From the NCBI GenBank assembly GCA_964469605.1, contig CAYXZA010000005.1:1-57617 (forward strand): DNA of 57,617 nt, read 5' to 3'. Positions 47,973 to 57,617 of the stretch are shown here, one piece after another. Within the stretch, counting starts at the first letter, position 1; each line of letters starts with the position of its first letter. This DNA comes from an uncultured Candidatus Saccharibacteria bacterium. Its GTDB lineage: Bacteria > Patescibacteriota > Minisyncoccia > Phycocordibacterales > DATDWN01. A program made the translations under genes and the position numbers. Under the pieces are notes generated by a model. That model saw only the letters and a program-made list of their open reading frames with translations. It did no database searches and had not been told where the DNA came from.

Positions 47973-48827
47973 TTATTTTATAAAATAAGATAAACTAAGG
48001 ACATCAACTTTTAAAAACAAACTAACAAACAAGCCTAAAATAAGAAAAGGAGCAAAAGGTATTTCCATACCTCTCCTTATCTCAGGTATCTTTTGAGGGA
48101 AGATTTTACTTAAAATAAAATGGAGTATGATATAAGCTGATCCTATCCAAAAACCCAAAATAACAGCAGATATTCCTGATATAAAACCAAGCAGTGCACC
48201 AATTCCAAAGACCAATTTAACATCACCAAAACCAAGCCAATTACCTCTTGACAGGAACCATATCAAACCAAAAAAACCAAATAAAATAAAAGGTGATAAA
48301 AAATTATAAAAATCAATACCAGAAAAAGAACCGAACTTTAAAATAAAATACAAAAGTTTAAATGAAGATAAAATTATAAATATATAAACCAGTGTATTTG
48401 GTATGATTTTATGTCTTATATCATAAAAAAGTATCACTATTAAAATACTGGAAATGACCAAATAAAACACAGATAAAACCGAAAGATAAATCAAACCGTT
48501 TGGTAAAGTTAAATAAAGATCAAGTAAAAGATATTGTCTGTAAAAAATCAAAGCGAAAACTACACCTGTCAATATTTCTACAAGTGGATACTGAATAGAT
48601 ATTTTACTCTGACAATTTTTACATTTACCTCCTTGTAACAAAAAACTTAAAACAGGGATCATTTCAAAAAATGACAATTCCCTACCACAAGAAAAACATT
48701 TTGATCTTCCTGACACAAGAGGTAAAGAACTATTATATCTATATATAACAACATTTAAAAAACTCCCAATAAATGTCCCTAGAACAAAAAAAATTGCAAA
48801 ATAAATAATCATAAATATATTATACAC
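47973..48827 (-). CDS. pilD: Prepilin peptidase (A24 family)
   Basis: Polytopic membrane protein with CxxC..CxxC N-terminal region and GFGDVKL aspartyl motif. Confidence 0.85.
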   Translation of the reverse strand: MYNIFMIIYFAIFFVLGTFIGSFLNVVIYRYNSSLPLVSGRSKCFSCGRELSFFEMIPVLSFLLQGGKCKNCQSKISIQYPLVEILTGVVFALIFYRQYLLLDLYLTLPNGLIYLSVLSVFYLVISSILIVILFYDIRHKIIPNTLVYIFIILSSFKLLYFILKFGSFSGIDFYNFLSPFILFGFFGLIWFLSRGNWLGFGDVKLVFGIGALLGFISGISAVILGFWIGSAYIILHFILSKIFPQKIPEIRRGMEIPFAPFLILGLFVSLFLKVDVLSLSYFIK

Positions 48828-48890
48828 TTTTCAAATAAACAAAAAAGCTGTTTTACAGCTTTTTTGTTTATAAAAACTGAAACTAAAATA

Positions 48891-49280
48891 CTAAGGACAA
48901 GCTGTTGCTGTTCCTAAAGCAGATGCATGAGTTTTTGAATTTCCTGTTGAATCAACACACCAGTAGCTACCAGTTTTAAGAGGAGCAGATGCTGCCCAAG
49001 CTCCTGAAGCATTGTTACATACTCCTGTTCCACCTCCTGCTGTTCCAGCAGCTGTAACACCTCTTGAAACTAATGTATCTGAACAAACAGCTGTATAGTT
49101 ACCATTTGTATCATAGTAAATTTCAGCTTGTGCTCTAATGTTATTTAGGTTTGCCTTTACAGCAGCATCGGCTCCTTTGCTTCTTGCTGTGTTAAGTGAA
49201 GCCAAAACAACAGAAGACAAAATACCAATGATTGCTATAACAACCAAAAGTTCAATAAGTGTAAAACCTTTATTTTTCAT
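48891..49280 (-). CDS. Type IV major pilin
   Basis: MKNKGFTLIELLVVIAIIGIL, C-terminal Cys pair; comparatively GC-richer codon usage. Confidence 0.85.
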   Translation of the reverse strand: MKNKGFTLIELLVVIAIIGILSSVVLASLNTARSKGADAAVKANLNNIRAQAEIYYDTNGNYTAVCSDTLVSRGVTAAGTAGGGTGVCNNASGAWAASAPLKTGSYWCVDSTGNSKTHASALGTATACP

Positions 49281-49414
49281 ATATGATTTTTATTAAAAAA
49301 TATTACTTCGACCACTTCTTTATTAAAAGAAGGATCGTTTTATAAATAAACGAACATATATATTATATAAAACTACGAAAAAATTATAAATAAGGCTGTG
49401 GATAATTTAAGACA

Positions 49415-49524
49415 TATCTCATAAAAACATAATTTTTAGAGCTTAGATATTTTTCTACTGAAAAATTACTCGTGCTCGGTAGAGTCACTTGCAAGTTTCT
49501 AAATAATTATGTTTTTATGGGATA
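49415..49524. repeat. ~20-bp inverted repeat enclosing 70 nt between pilC and the pilin gene
   Basis: cataaaaacataatt (49420-49434) is the exact reverse complement of aattatgtttttatg (49505-49519). Pairing extends about 5 bp further outward. Confidence 0.7.
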
Positions 49525-49535
49525 AGTATGCATAC

Positions 49536-50747
49536 CTATCCAACAGAGGCAATATTATAAATCGGCATCAAAACAGCTGCGAGTAAAAGTCCAACTCCAA
49601 GCCCAAGGGAAACTATCATAACAGGTTCAATAAGACCAACAAGTGTATCAACTGCATTTACAACTTCTCTTTGATAAAATTTTGAAAGAGTTTTAAGTAT
49701 CCCACCAAGTTCTCCTGATTCTTCACCCACCTTAACCATTTGAACTAAAATACCCGGTATATACTGACCATTTTTCGCAAATGAATTTGACAAAGACACA
49801 CCTTCTTTAACATCTCTAAGTGATTCAACTAAAACTGTTTTATATATTCTGTTATCTACAACAGAAGATGTTATCTCTAATGCACGAAGTATTGGAATAC
49901 CAGAAAGTATCATCGTATTTAAGTTATCTGAAATTCTTGAAAGATAGAGTTTTCTGTAAAGATTACCCACATAAGGAACATTTAATTTTAACTCATCAAA
50001 ATATCTTGAGCCTTCTTCTGTTTTAATATATCTAACTACAAGTAAAATGACAGCAAACAATACTATTCCGAATATTATTATGTTGTTTCTCAAAAAATCA
50101 GATGCAAATATAACTGCTTTTGTATAAATAGGAACTTCTTGACCAGAATCTTTTATCATAAGAGCAATCTTTGGAATAATAACAGTTAACATCAAAACCA
50201 TAACTCCAATAAAAGTAACTATAACAAATATAGGGTATACCAAAGCATTTTTAGCTTTAGAAACAACTTCATAAGTTCTATCCAAATAATCAGCTAAATA
50301 ATCAAATGTTTCATTTAACTTTCCAGATTCTTCTCCTGACAAAACCATATTTACATAAAAATCAGAAAAAACATCTGGATATTTTGAAAGAGCATTTGCA
50401 ATAGTTGATCCACCTTGAATATCATCCGCAACTTTAAACAATATCTCTGCTAATGCTTTATTTTCAGATTGCTCTCCCATAATCCTAAATATTCTAAGTG
50501 CAGAAACCTGAGCATCAAAAAGTGTTGCAAGTTGTCTTGAAAGTATGACAATGTCTTTTGAAGATACTTTTTTAAATAAGGAAATTTCAAAATTTAAAAT
50601 ATTTTTTTTATCTTCTTTTTCTTTTATTTCAGAAATTATATACCCACGACTTTGCAAAAAAGCTATTGCTGAATCACGACTTACAGAATCAAGTTCACCT
50701 TCTTGAGATTGTCCGCTATTTAATAATACTTTATATTTAAATAACAT
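49536..50747 (-). CDS. pilC: Type IV pilus platform protein PilC (GspF family)
   Basis: 403 aa, duplicated T2SSF domain pattern, 3 TM segments. Confidence 0.88.
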   Translation of the reverse strand: MLFKYKVLLNSGQSQEGELDSVSRDSAIAFLQSRGYIISEIKEKEDKKNILNFEISLFKKVSSKDIVILSRQLATLFDAQVSALRIFRIMGEQSENKALAEILFKVADDIQGGSTIANALSKYPDVFSDFYVNMVLSGEESGKLNETFDYLADYLDRTYEVVSKAKNALVYPIFVIVTFIGVMVLMLTVIIPKIALMIKDSGQEVPIYTKAVIFASDFLRNNIIIFGIVLFAVILLVVRYIKTEEGSRYFDELKLNVPYVGNLYRKLYLSRISDNLNTMILSGIPILRALEITSSVVDNRIYKTVLVESLRDVKEGVSLSNSFAKNGQYIPGILVQMVKVGEESGELGGILKTLSKFYQREVVNAVDTLVGLIEPVMIVSLGLGVGLLLAAVLMPIYNIASVG

Positions 50748-50754
50748 ATATTTT

Positions 50755-51816
50755 TTATATTAGTCTATCCAAATTTCTAGAATTAAAGGAATTTAGATAT
50801 GCATCCTCAACAGTTATTTCTCCGGATTTTACCAAGTTTGCCAAAGTCCTATTGAAATCTATCATACCCTGATCCATTCCTGTCTCTATTACATTATTGA
50901 TTTCGTGTATTCTGTTCTCTCTTATTAGATTTGAAACAGCATTATTATTTATCAAAAGTTCATAAGCAGGAATCAGTCCACCAGATATTCTAGGAATCAG
51001 TCTTTGAGAAAAAATACCAATCAAAGATCCTGCAAGCTGAACCCTTATTTGATTTTGTTGTTCTGCAACAAAAGAATCTATGATTCTGCTTATGGTTTGA
51101 GATGCTGTATTTGTATGAAGTGTTGAAAAAACCAAATGTCCAGTCTCGGCAGCTGTAACTGCTGTTGACATAGTTTCCGGTTCCCTCATCTCACCAATCA
51201 TCAAAATATCTATATCTTGTCTAAAAACACCTCTAAGTGCTGTGTGAAAATCTGGTGTGTCTTCTCTAACTTCTCTTTGATCTATTATGGCTTTTTTTGA
51301 TTGAAATATATACTCAACAGGATCTTCTATTGTTACAATATGTTCCAATCTGTGATTATTTATATTTTCAATAAGTGATGCAAGTGTGGTGCTTTTTCCT
51401 TGACCTGTTGGCCCAACAACCAAAAAGAATCCTTGTTTCTTGTTTGCAAAAGTTTCGAGCACTGGTGGTAGATTAAGTGTTGATAATTCAGGAATAGTCT
51501 TAGGTATAAAACGAAGTGCTATGCTTATTTTCCCCAATCTAATAAAGGCATTTCCCCTAAACCTTGATCTTTCATCGTAATCATAAGAAAAGTCAACTTC
51601 TTTTTCTAGTTCAAATTTTTCTTTTTGTCTTTTGTTTAAAATCATATCCAATATACCTTTTATATCTGAACCATTTATTTCAGCTTCATTTACAGCTGGC
51701 AACAAAAAACCAGCTGATCTGAAAATCGGTTGTCTATTTTCAGATAAATGAAGATCCGAAGCCCCTTGAGCTATCATCTTCTCTATTAAATTATCTAAAA
51801 TTTTTTTATGATCCAT
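50755..51816 (-). CDS. pilT: Twitching motility ATPase PilT
   Basis: Walker A GPTGQGKST, Asp box, AHLVFSTLHTN-type His box. Confidence 0.88.
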   Translation of the reverse strand: MDHKKILDNLIEKMIAQGASDLHLSENRQPIFRSAGFLLPAVNEAEINGSDIKGILDMILNKRQKEKFELEKEVDFSYDYDERSRFRGNAFIRLGKISIALRFIPKTIPELSTLNLPPVLETFANKKQGFFLVVGPTGQGKSTTLASLIENINNHRLEHIVTIEDPVEYIFQSKKAIIDQREVREDTPDFHTALRGVFRQDIDILMIGEMREPETMSTAVTAAETGHLVFSTLHTNTASQTISRIIDSFVAEQQNQIRVQLAGSLIGIFSQRLIPRISGGLIPAYELLINNNAVSNLIRENRIHEINNVIETGMDQGMIDFNRTLANLVKSGEITVEDAYLNSFNSRNLDRLI

Positions 51817-52204
51817 TTTTTTTATTAGAATTAAAAATATTTATAACCTTATCTACAACTTCAGAAGGAATAGAAAATGCTTTAACCAAAAAACCATCTA
51901 CTCCTAACTTTCTAGCCTCATCTTCACTATCAGCTTGATTTGTAAGCATAACAATAACAGAATTTTTTGCTAATTTTTCATTTCGTATAATCTTTAGAAG
52001 CTCCAAACCATCCATATTTGGCATAATAATATCTAAAAGTATTATATCTGGGCTAAATCCTTCTCTTAATCTATCGAGTGCACTACTTCCATTTGAAACA
52101 GAAACAACATCAAAACCTTTTCCAGAAAATTTTGTCTGATACATATTTAACAGAAGATGATCATCATCAACTATCATAATTATAATTTTTTTATCATCAA
52201 TCAT
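51806..52204 (-). CDS. Stand-alone response regulator receiver domain (CheY-like)
   Basis: DD pair (IVDDD), phospho-acceptor D in ILLDIIMP, T and K (LVKA) positions. Confidence 0.8.
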   Translation of the reverse strand: MIDDKKIIIMIVDDDHLLLNMYQTKFSGKGFDVVSVSNGSSALDRLREGFSPDIILLDIIMPNMDGLELLKIIRNEKLAKNSVIVMLTNQADSEDEARKLGVDGFLVKAFSIPSEVVDKVINIFNSNKKNGS

Positions 52205-52219
52205 ATATAAATTATTATA

Positions 52220-53956
52220 CTACAATGTATTAACCTCTTCAAAAGGAATTTCACCGTTCATACTTTTTAGAAGTGCATCTTCTTTCATAGTAATCATACC
52301 TTTTGATCTTGCCATTTTTTTAATAGATATTTCCGTAGGATCTTTAAGGATCATCTCTTCCAATTCCCTATCCATCTCCAAAACCTCCATAACAGCAGCT
52401 CTTCCCTTTTTACCACTAGGAGAAGTGTCTGTTGGTTTAGCTTCATAAACAGTATCTTTTATACCGAGATTTTGTTTAAATTGATCTGGTAAATCTTTAA
52501 ACTGCTCATCAACCATAACTTTTAAACCACCATCTAAAACAACTGGACTTCCAGAACCCTTAGGATAAATAGATGATACCAACCTCTGAGCAATAGCTAG
52601 TATAAGTGTTGGTGCAATGAGGTATGGATCAACACCCATATCTATCAAACGAGGAATAACACCAACAGCTGAGTTTGTGTGTATAGTTGACAATACCAAG
52701 TGTCCTGTAAGTGCCGCTTGAATAGCAAGCTGTGCAGTTTCTTTATCTCTAATCTCACCAACCATAATAACATCTGGATCTTGACGAAGTGTTGTTCTAA
52801 GTCCAGTTGCAAATGTATAATCAATCTCTGGTCTAACCTGAGACTGTGATATCCCTTCTATATTATATTCAACAGGATCTTCAAGTGACAAAACATTTTG
52901 ATGTTCCCTGTCCACCTCTCCTAACATAGAATAAAGAGTTGATGTTTTACCAGAACCAGTTGGACCTGATATAAGTATAAGTCCATAAGGTTTATTAAGT
53001 GCCCTTCTGATAGCCTCTAAATTTCTTGGACTTAAACCAAGGTCATCCATTTTTCTAACACCTTTTTCTTGATCCAAAAGCCTCATCACAACTTTCTCTC
53101 CAAAAAAAGTAGGAAAAGTAGATACACGAAAATCAATTTTTCTATTGTCAATCTTTGTTGTAAAACGACCATCTTGTGGCTTTCTTTTTTCATCAAGTCT
53201 CATCATAGAAAGTATCTTTATACGAGAAACAACTGCAGCATGAACTTTTATTGGCAAAATTAAACTTGTATTTAAAACACCGTCAACACGAAATCTAACT
53301 TTTACACTTTCTCTATTTGGTTCAATGTGTATATCTGAAGCATTTCCATCTGTTGCATATCTAAGAATAGTTGCAACGATCTTTGTAACAGGTGCATCTT
53401 CTGCTAAATTACCCTCATCTGTGTCTTCTTGTTGATACAAAGATTTTTCTTTTTCATTTTCTTTTTTATGCTTTTCTAACTCTTCAGATATTTCAACTTC
53501 AAGTTCATCAAGTGCCTTATCGACTTGTCCAGCCAAACCTTTATAGTTTGATGATGCTGTATTAAAATCATCTTGTGAAATAAGAAATATTTTATAAGGC
53601 ATATTTATTTTTGCCACTATAAAATTTAAAGCATTCATAGCTTCTATATCATCTGGATCAACAATTCCAATATTCAAAACACCATTTTCAATATTTATTG
53701 GTATAAATTTGTAATATAAAGCTGATTCTTCAGGAACAAGTTCAAGTGTTTTGTAAGAGATATCTGATTTTTCAACTTTTCTAGTTGGTATATCAAAATA
53801 TTGACCTTTTGCTTCCAATATCTGAGCAGGAGAAACACCTTTCTTGATCAAAAGTTGTTCAACGGGAACACCTGTATTTTCAGACTCCTTTAAGATTGAA
53901 GACTTATCATCTTCTGTTATGATATTTTTACTTTTTAATAACTCAAGAAAATCCAT
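52220..53956 (-). CDS. pilB: Type IV pilus assembly ATPase PilB (GspE family)
   Basis: N-terminal T2SSE_N domain, Walker A GPTGSGKTS, GEIRD, LVLSTIHTN. Confidence 0.9.
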   Translation of the reverse strand: MDFLELLKSKNIITEDDKSSILKESENTGVPVEQLLIKKGVSPAQILEAKGQYFDIPTRKVEKSDISYKTLELVPEESALYYKFIPINIENGVLNIGIVDPDDIEAMNALNFIVAKINMPYKIFLISQDDFNTASSNYKGLAGQVDKALDELEVEISEELEKHKKENEKEKSLYQQEDTDEGNLAEDAPVTKIVATILRYATDGNASDIHIEPNRESVKVRFRVDGVLNTSLILPIKVHAAVVSRIKILSMMRLDEKRKPQDGRFTTKIDNRKIDFRVSTFPTFFGEKVVMRLLDQEKGVRKMDDLGLSPRNLEAIRRALNKPYGLILISGPTGSGKTSTLYSMLGEVDREHQNVLSLEDPVEYNIEGISQSQVRPEIDYTFATGLRTTLRQDPDVIMVGEIRDKETAQLAIQAALTGHLVLSTIHTNSAVGVIPRLIDMGVDPYLIAPTLILAIAQRLVSSIYPKGSGSPVVLDGGLKVMVDEQFKDLPDQFKQNLGIKDTVYEAKPTDTSPSGKKGRAAVMEVLEMDRELEEMILKDPTEISIKKMARSKGMITMKEDALLKSMNGEIPFEEVNTL

Positions 53957-53958
53957 AA

Positions 53959-54294
53959 TTATCTACTTTTTTTAGTTGGAACTACTGGGGAAATTTGTGG
54001 TAAAGCAGGAGTATCAAATAGATTATCTTTACCTGGAGAAACTTCTGGAAGAGGTTTTGAAAAATCAATTAAATTCGACCAAGCTGTTGATTTAAATAAA
54101 CTATCATCAACTTCTATAGCCTTTACTTTTGCTAGATAATCTAAAAATTCATTTCCAATCAACATAACACTAGAATCAACAACAACATCAACCTGTTCCG
54201 CAGAACTAGAAGGTTTTGCAAATTTCTCATATACGAAAAATGCAAAAACTAATACAAACAAGACCATCAATTTACTATTTTTTAATTTTTCCAT
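53959..54294 (-). CDS. Hypothetical membrane-anchored protein in the pilus operon
   Basis: 111 aa with N-terminal TM, positioned between pilO-like and pilB. Confidence 0.5.
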   Translation of the reverse strand: MEKLKNSKLMVLFVLVFAFFVYEKFAKPSSSAEQVDVVVDSSVMLIGNEFLDYLAKVKAIEVDDSLFKSTAWSNLIDFSKPLPEVSPGKDNLFDTPALPQISPVVPTKKSR

Positions 54295-54295
54295 T

Positions 54296-54841
54296 TTATC
54301 TTATAGAATAAGTATTAAATTTAACTTCAAAATCTAAAATATTTTGATCAAGCGACCTCTGATCTTTTTTTATTGAAATTTTCTTCAAATCCATAATAAG
54401 CATACTTTTTTCCATATTTTGCAAACTTAAAATGAAATTTTTATAATCACCTTTCAAAACAAAAGAAATCTCTTTTGTTTTATATATATCAACTTTATTT
54501 GGATCACTAGCAATCCTATCATTGTCTTTTAAAATAGACACTTCTGATAATCTCATAGAATGACTAGATGCTATACTGTTTATAATAGCAACTAAACTTT
54601 CACCATCAAAAAATTCTGGAACAACTTTTTTTAGATTTTCCAAATCTGTCTGGTTTAATGATTTGTATTGACTTATAAGATTATTTTGAAGTTCTTTTAA
54701 CTCTTTTGCATCATTTAAAGCATCTGAAAATGTTTTCTTTTCTAAACTTACACTTTCTATTTTTTTATAAGAAGGATATGTATAGAAAAATCCAATTCCT
54801 AAGGACAATATTATAATCAGTGTTGCTGTTGAATTTTTCAT
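54296..54841 (-). CDS. PilO-like pilus assembly protein
   Basis: N-terminal TM plus coiled coil; follows a PilN-like gene. Confidence 0.55.
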   Translation of the reverse strand: MKNSTATLIIILSLGIGFFYTYPSYKKIESVSLEKKTFSDALNDAKELKELQNNLISQYKSLNQTDLENLKKVVPEFFDGESLVAIINSIASSHSMRLSEVSILKDNDRIASDPNKVDIYKTKEISFVLKGDYKNFILSLQNMEKSMLIMDLKKISIKKDQRSLDQNILDFEVKFNTYSIR

Positions 54842-54842
54842 T

Positions 54843-55460
54843 TTAATTTGAAAGTGATAATTTTTTTAATATTTCCTTGTATGATGTGTCATTGACCAAT
54901 ACAGACATAGAACCATCAAAAACAAGGTTACCATCTTTATCTATTTCCATATTGTAAAATAAAACATTTTTCAAAAATCCTGTTGATTTAAACAACTCTG
55001 CCTGTTTTGCAATATGCTCATAAGAACTTGAACGACCTTTAAAATCAACTTCAACAACACCTTCATTTTTCGTATCAAAAGCGATTTCTGTAAAATTTAT
55101 ATTTTGTATTGTTGCTGATTGCATTACTGCAAAAATATTTGAAAGGATTAGGTGTTGATCAAGTAAAGACTTAACAACTTTTATCTGATCAGAAACCAAA
55201 ATCAAATCCTTTGTCTCACTCTCATTAAAAGCTGATTTTTCCAAAGCAAGTGCTTCTTTTAATTCTACAATAGCTTTGCTTTGCATTTGATTATAGAGAA
55301 AAAGTCCAACAGAAGATATAGCAACAGCAATAAGCATAACAATAGAAACTATAGAAATAAGACTAACCGAAGAATTGTAAGAATGTTCTTTGTTAGAATT
55401 TAAACCAGTAGAAAGAACTGGACTTTTGGGAATAAAAGATGTTTGAAATTTTGGTTCCAT
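54843..55460 (-). CDS. PilN-like pilus assembly protein
   Basis: Single TM after a short cytoplasmic N-terminus; follows pilM. Confidence 0.55.
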   Translation of the reverse strand: MEPKFQTSFIPKSPVLSTGLNSNKEHSYNSSVSLISIVSIVMLIAVAISSVGLFLYNQMQSKAIVELKEALALEKSAFNESETKDLILVSDQIKVVKSLLDQHLILSNIFAVMQSATIQNINFTEIAFDTKNEGVVEVDFKGRSSSYEHIAKQAELFKSTGFLKNVLFYNMEIDKDGNLVFDGSMSVLVNDTSYKEILKKLSLSN

Positions 55461-55535
55461 TTAATAATATTATAGAGAAAAAATAAAATAATGCCAAAGA
55501 AAAAAGTGGATATATTGGATAGTTGATGTATTTAA

Positions 55536-56669
55536 CTACTTTAACTCTTCTAACCTACGAAGTGCCACACCAACAGATACAGCAAACTCCGGACCAGTTT
55601 CTTTCAAAACTTTTTCCAAAAAAGCAGGAACAACAACTTTTGAAAACGGATTACCGAGCTCAACTTTTGTCTGAAAATGTTTTTCAGCAACTTTTTCAAT
55701 ATCTTTTAAAGAGGCTCCCCCGCCAACTAAAACAATCTTGCTTATACTTTTATTGTATTTCTTTTCATAACTTACAATAGTTCTTTGTGCTTCATTAAAT
55801 ATATATTCAAGTGTAAGTAAAACAACAGATGATATATCAAGTGGGTTATTTAGATCTTTTGATAACCCAAATTTTCTTTTTGTAACTTCTGCTTGTTCCA
55901 AAGATATACCGAAAGATTTAGAAATAGCCATTGTGATATTTTGAGAACCCATATTTACAGTATGAGAAGATAGTAAAAGTCCCCTTTCTATAATGAAAAA
56001 TTTTGTAGTGGCCGAACCAAAATCACATACAAATATAGAATCTAGTGAGTTATCTAAAACAGATCTCATTATGGAAAAAACTTCTATCTCTGAAAAAGAA
56101 GGAGTTAGATTATTCCTGGAAACAATATTTGAATAATGTTTTAAAGTATCGTTGTGAATTGCAGCTATAAGAACATCCATCATTTGTTCTTTTGGTTTTT
56201 CTTCTTTTTCGTCTTCCATTTGAACATTATCAACTATCTGATTTTTTGGTATTACAGACCAATCTAGATTAACCTCTGAAACTGGAACTGGAATGTATTT
56301 TCTTATTTCAATCGGCATAATACTTGCCAAATCTTTTTCAGAAGAAGATGGGAGTTCTATAACAGTCATTAAACTTGCAGAAAAAGGAATAGAAATACCA
56401 CAAAGATTTGTTGTTATGGCAACATCTTTCTCTTTTAAAATATCACCCAAAGCTTCAACTAATTTATCTTCTTTAAGTGCTGTTGCTTGACCAGGAGCAA
56501 AGCCCGCATAAGGCCCTAGCGACAACTCTCCATAAGTCTCTAAAACTGCCCTACTTCCATTTCTTTTGAGCTGAACAACTTTTATAGAAGAAGAACCTAT
56601 ATCTATACCTAGGACAGATGGTCTGGAAGTATTAAACTTTGCTATTAGATTTTCTAAAAAATTGGCCAT
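55536..56669 (-). CDS. pilM: Type IV pilus assembly protein PilM (actin-like ATPase fold)
   Basis: 377 aa. LGIDIGSSSIKVVQL start and DFGSATT phosphate-2 motif. Confidence 0.85.
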   Translation of the reverse strand: MANFLENLIAKFNTSRPSVLGIDIGSSSIKVVQLKRNGSRAVLETYGELSLGPYAGFAPGQATALKEDKLVEALGDILKEKDVAITTNLCGISIPFSASLMTVIELPSSSEKDLASIMPIEIRKYIPVPVSEVNLDWSVIPKNQIVDNVQMEDEKEEKPKEQMMDVLIAAIHNDTLKHYSNIVSRNNLTPSFSEIEVFSIMRSVLDNSLDSIFVCDFGSATTKFFIIERGLLLSSHTVNMGSQNITMAISKSFGISLEQAEVTKRKFGLSKDLNNPLDISSVVLLTLEYIFNEAQRTIVSYEKKYNKSISKIVLVGGGASLKDIEKVAEKHFQTKVELGNPFSKVVVPAFLEKVLKETGPEFAVSVGVALRRLEELK

Positions 56670-56737
56670 AAAAATATTAAACTCTATGTTTATATAATAT
56701 AATACAATATATATAAAAAATATTCTATAACCACAAT

Positions 56738-57394
56738 ATGAAAAATATAATTATATATTTTTTTGAACTATTAGAAAAACTACTATTCAAACAAAGAAAA
56801 GATGAGATTGTAGTCGAAAAAATAGATAACACCACAACACTTCAAAAATCTGAAAAACAAGATTTTCTAGGAATATCAACTCTGATTTCATACAAAGATC
56901 CAAAAGTTAAATCGTTGATTTGGGAAATAAAATATCACAGAAACACAAAAGCATTGAGGATAGCATCCGAAATACTTTTTGATGCAATCAAAGATGATTT
57001 GTATGACAAAGCTATTTTTGAAAATCAAGAATATGTTTTAGTAAATATTCCAATTACAAAAGAAAAGTTAATTAAAAAAGGTTTCTGTCATACTGAACTT
57101 TTATGTAGAGAAGTATTAAAACTTTGTCAAAAAGATAATTTTTTAAATCAAAAAATTTCTTACAACCCCAATATTTTAAAAAAAATAAAAGAAACAAAAC
57201 CACAAAGTCACACTGAAAATAAAGAGGAAAGACTTTCAAACCTTAGAGGGTGTTTTAAAGTAGAAAACAAGACGGATAAAAATATAATACTGATAGATGA
57301 TGTGACCACAACAGGATCGACAATAAAAGAAGCTATTTTAACTTTAAATAAAAGTGGTTTAAGAAAAATCATCTGCTACACACTAGCTCACTGA
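56738..57394 (+). CDS. comF: ComF family protein (phosphoribosyltransferase domain)
   Basis: PRTase motif IILIDDVTTTGST near the C-terminus. Confidence 0.75.
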   Translation: MKNIIIYFFELLEKLLFKQRKDEIVVEKIDNTTTLQKSEKQDFLGISTLISYKDPKVKSLIWEIKYHRNTKALRIASEILFDAIKDDLYDKAIFENQEYVLVNIPITKEKLIKKGFCHTELLCREVLKLCQKDNFLNQKISYNPNILKKIKETKPQSHTENKEERLSNLRGCFKVENKTDKNIILIDDVTTTGSTIKEAILTLNKSGLRKIICYTLAH

Positions 57395-57439
57395 TGAAAA
57401 TTGGCAAACCTTTGAAAAAACTGGTATTGTAAGATATAT

Positions 57440-57532
57440 GGAGACGTGGCTGAGCTGGTCGAAAGCACCTCACTGCTAACGAGGCAGGCCCGTCAAACGG
57501 CCTCGAGGGTTCGAATCCCTCCGTCTCCGCCA
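57440..57532 (+). tRNA. tRNA-Ser (anticodon GCT), long variable arm, CCA encoded
   Basis: Acceptor GGAGACG/CGTCTCC, anticodon loop CTGCTAA, variable arm GGCCCGTCAAACGGCC, T-arm GAGGGTTCGAATCCCTC. Confidence 0.85.
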
Positions 57533-57617
57533 ATTTTCACTTTTTGTGAAATCGTAAGAATTAGCCTCGGCGCAAAGCGCCTCGGCATGGTATTTTTCCG
57601 CAATTTTGAAGGCATTT

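Overview
AT-rich bacterial chromosome segment. Housekeeping content: GroES/GroEL, SecG, RNase J, PyrG, FtsEX, RF2, GatCA, LigA, a complete type IV pilus locus, ComF and 7 tRNAs. This style resembles a small-genome Patescibacteria/CPR-like organism, but that assignment is inference only. The backbone is interrupted by visibly GC-rich, mostly orphan, minus-strand cassettes lying on the 3' side of tRNA genes (composition judged by eye, not computed). The standout is a ~7 kb island at about 32.27-39.44 kb, next to tRNA-Asp. It encodes a compact DEAH/RHA-type helicase plus several orphan proteins. Within it, a 3.95 kb helicase-containing segment is bracketed by two canonical type III hammerhead ribozymes with identical cores and fully covarying stem I. 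The two large ORFs in that segment are each preceded by a conserved ~93-nt three-hairpin leader. The island also has a perfect 55-bp palindrome and a long untranslated tract behind a consensus promoter. A second degraded island (about 16.1-22.4 kb, next to tRNA-Gln) contains a ~580-nt ORF-free GC-rich transcription unit bounded by a perfect TTGACA-N17-TATAAT promoter and an intrinsic terminator, a candidate large structured ncRNA. The left edge holds a truncated Shedu-like (DUF4263) nuclease gene, a possible recombinase remnant, tRNA-Ser with a 101-bp tandem duplication, and a cloverleaf-like structured element. A 1.2 kb mini-island carrying an epimerase gene is flanked by 32-bp direct repeats of the tRNA-Met 3' end. 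No CRISPR array, rRNA, intact integrase or transposase was seen. All functional calls come from motif recognition by eye, without database searches.
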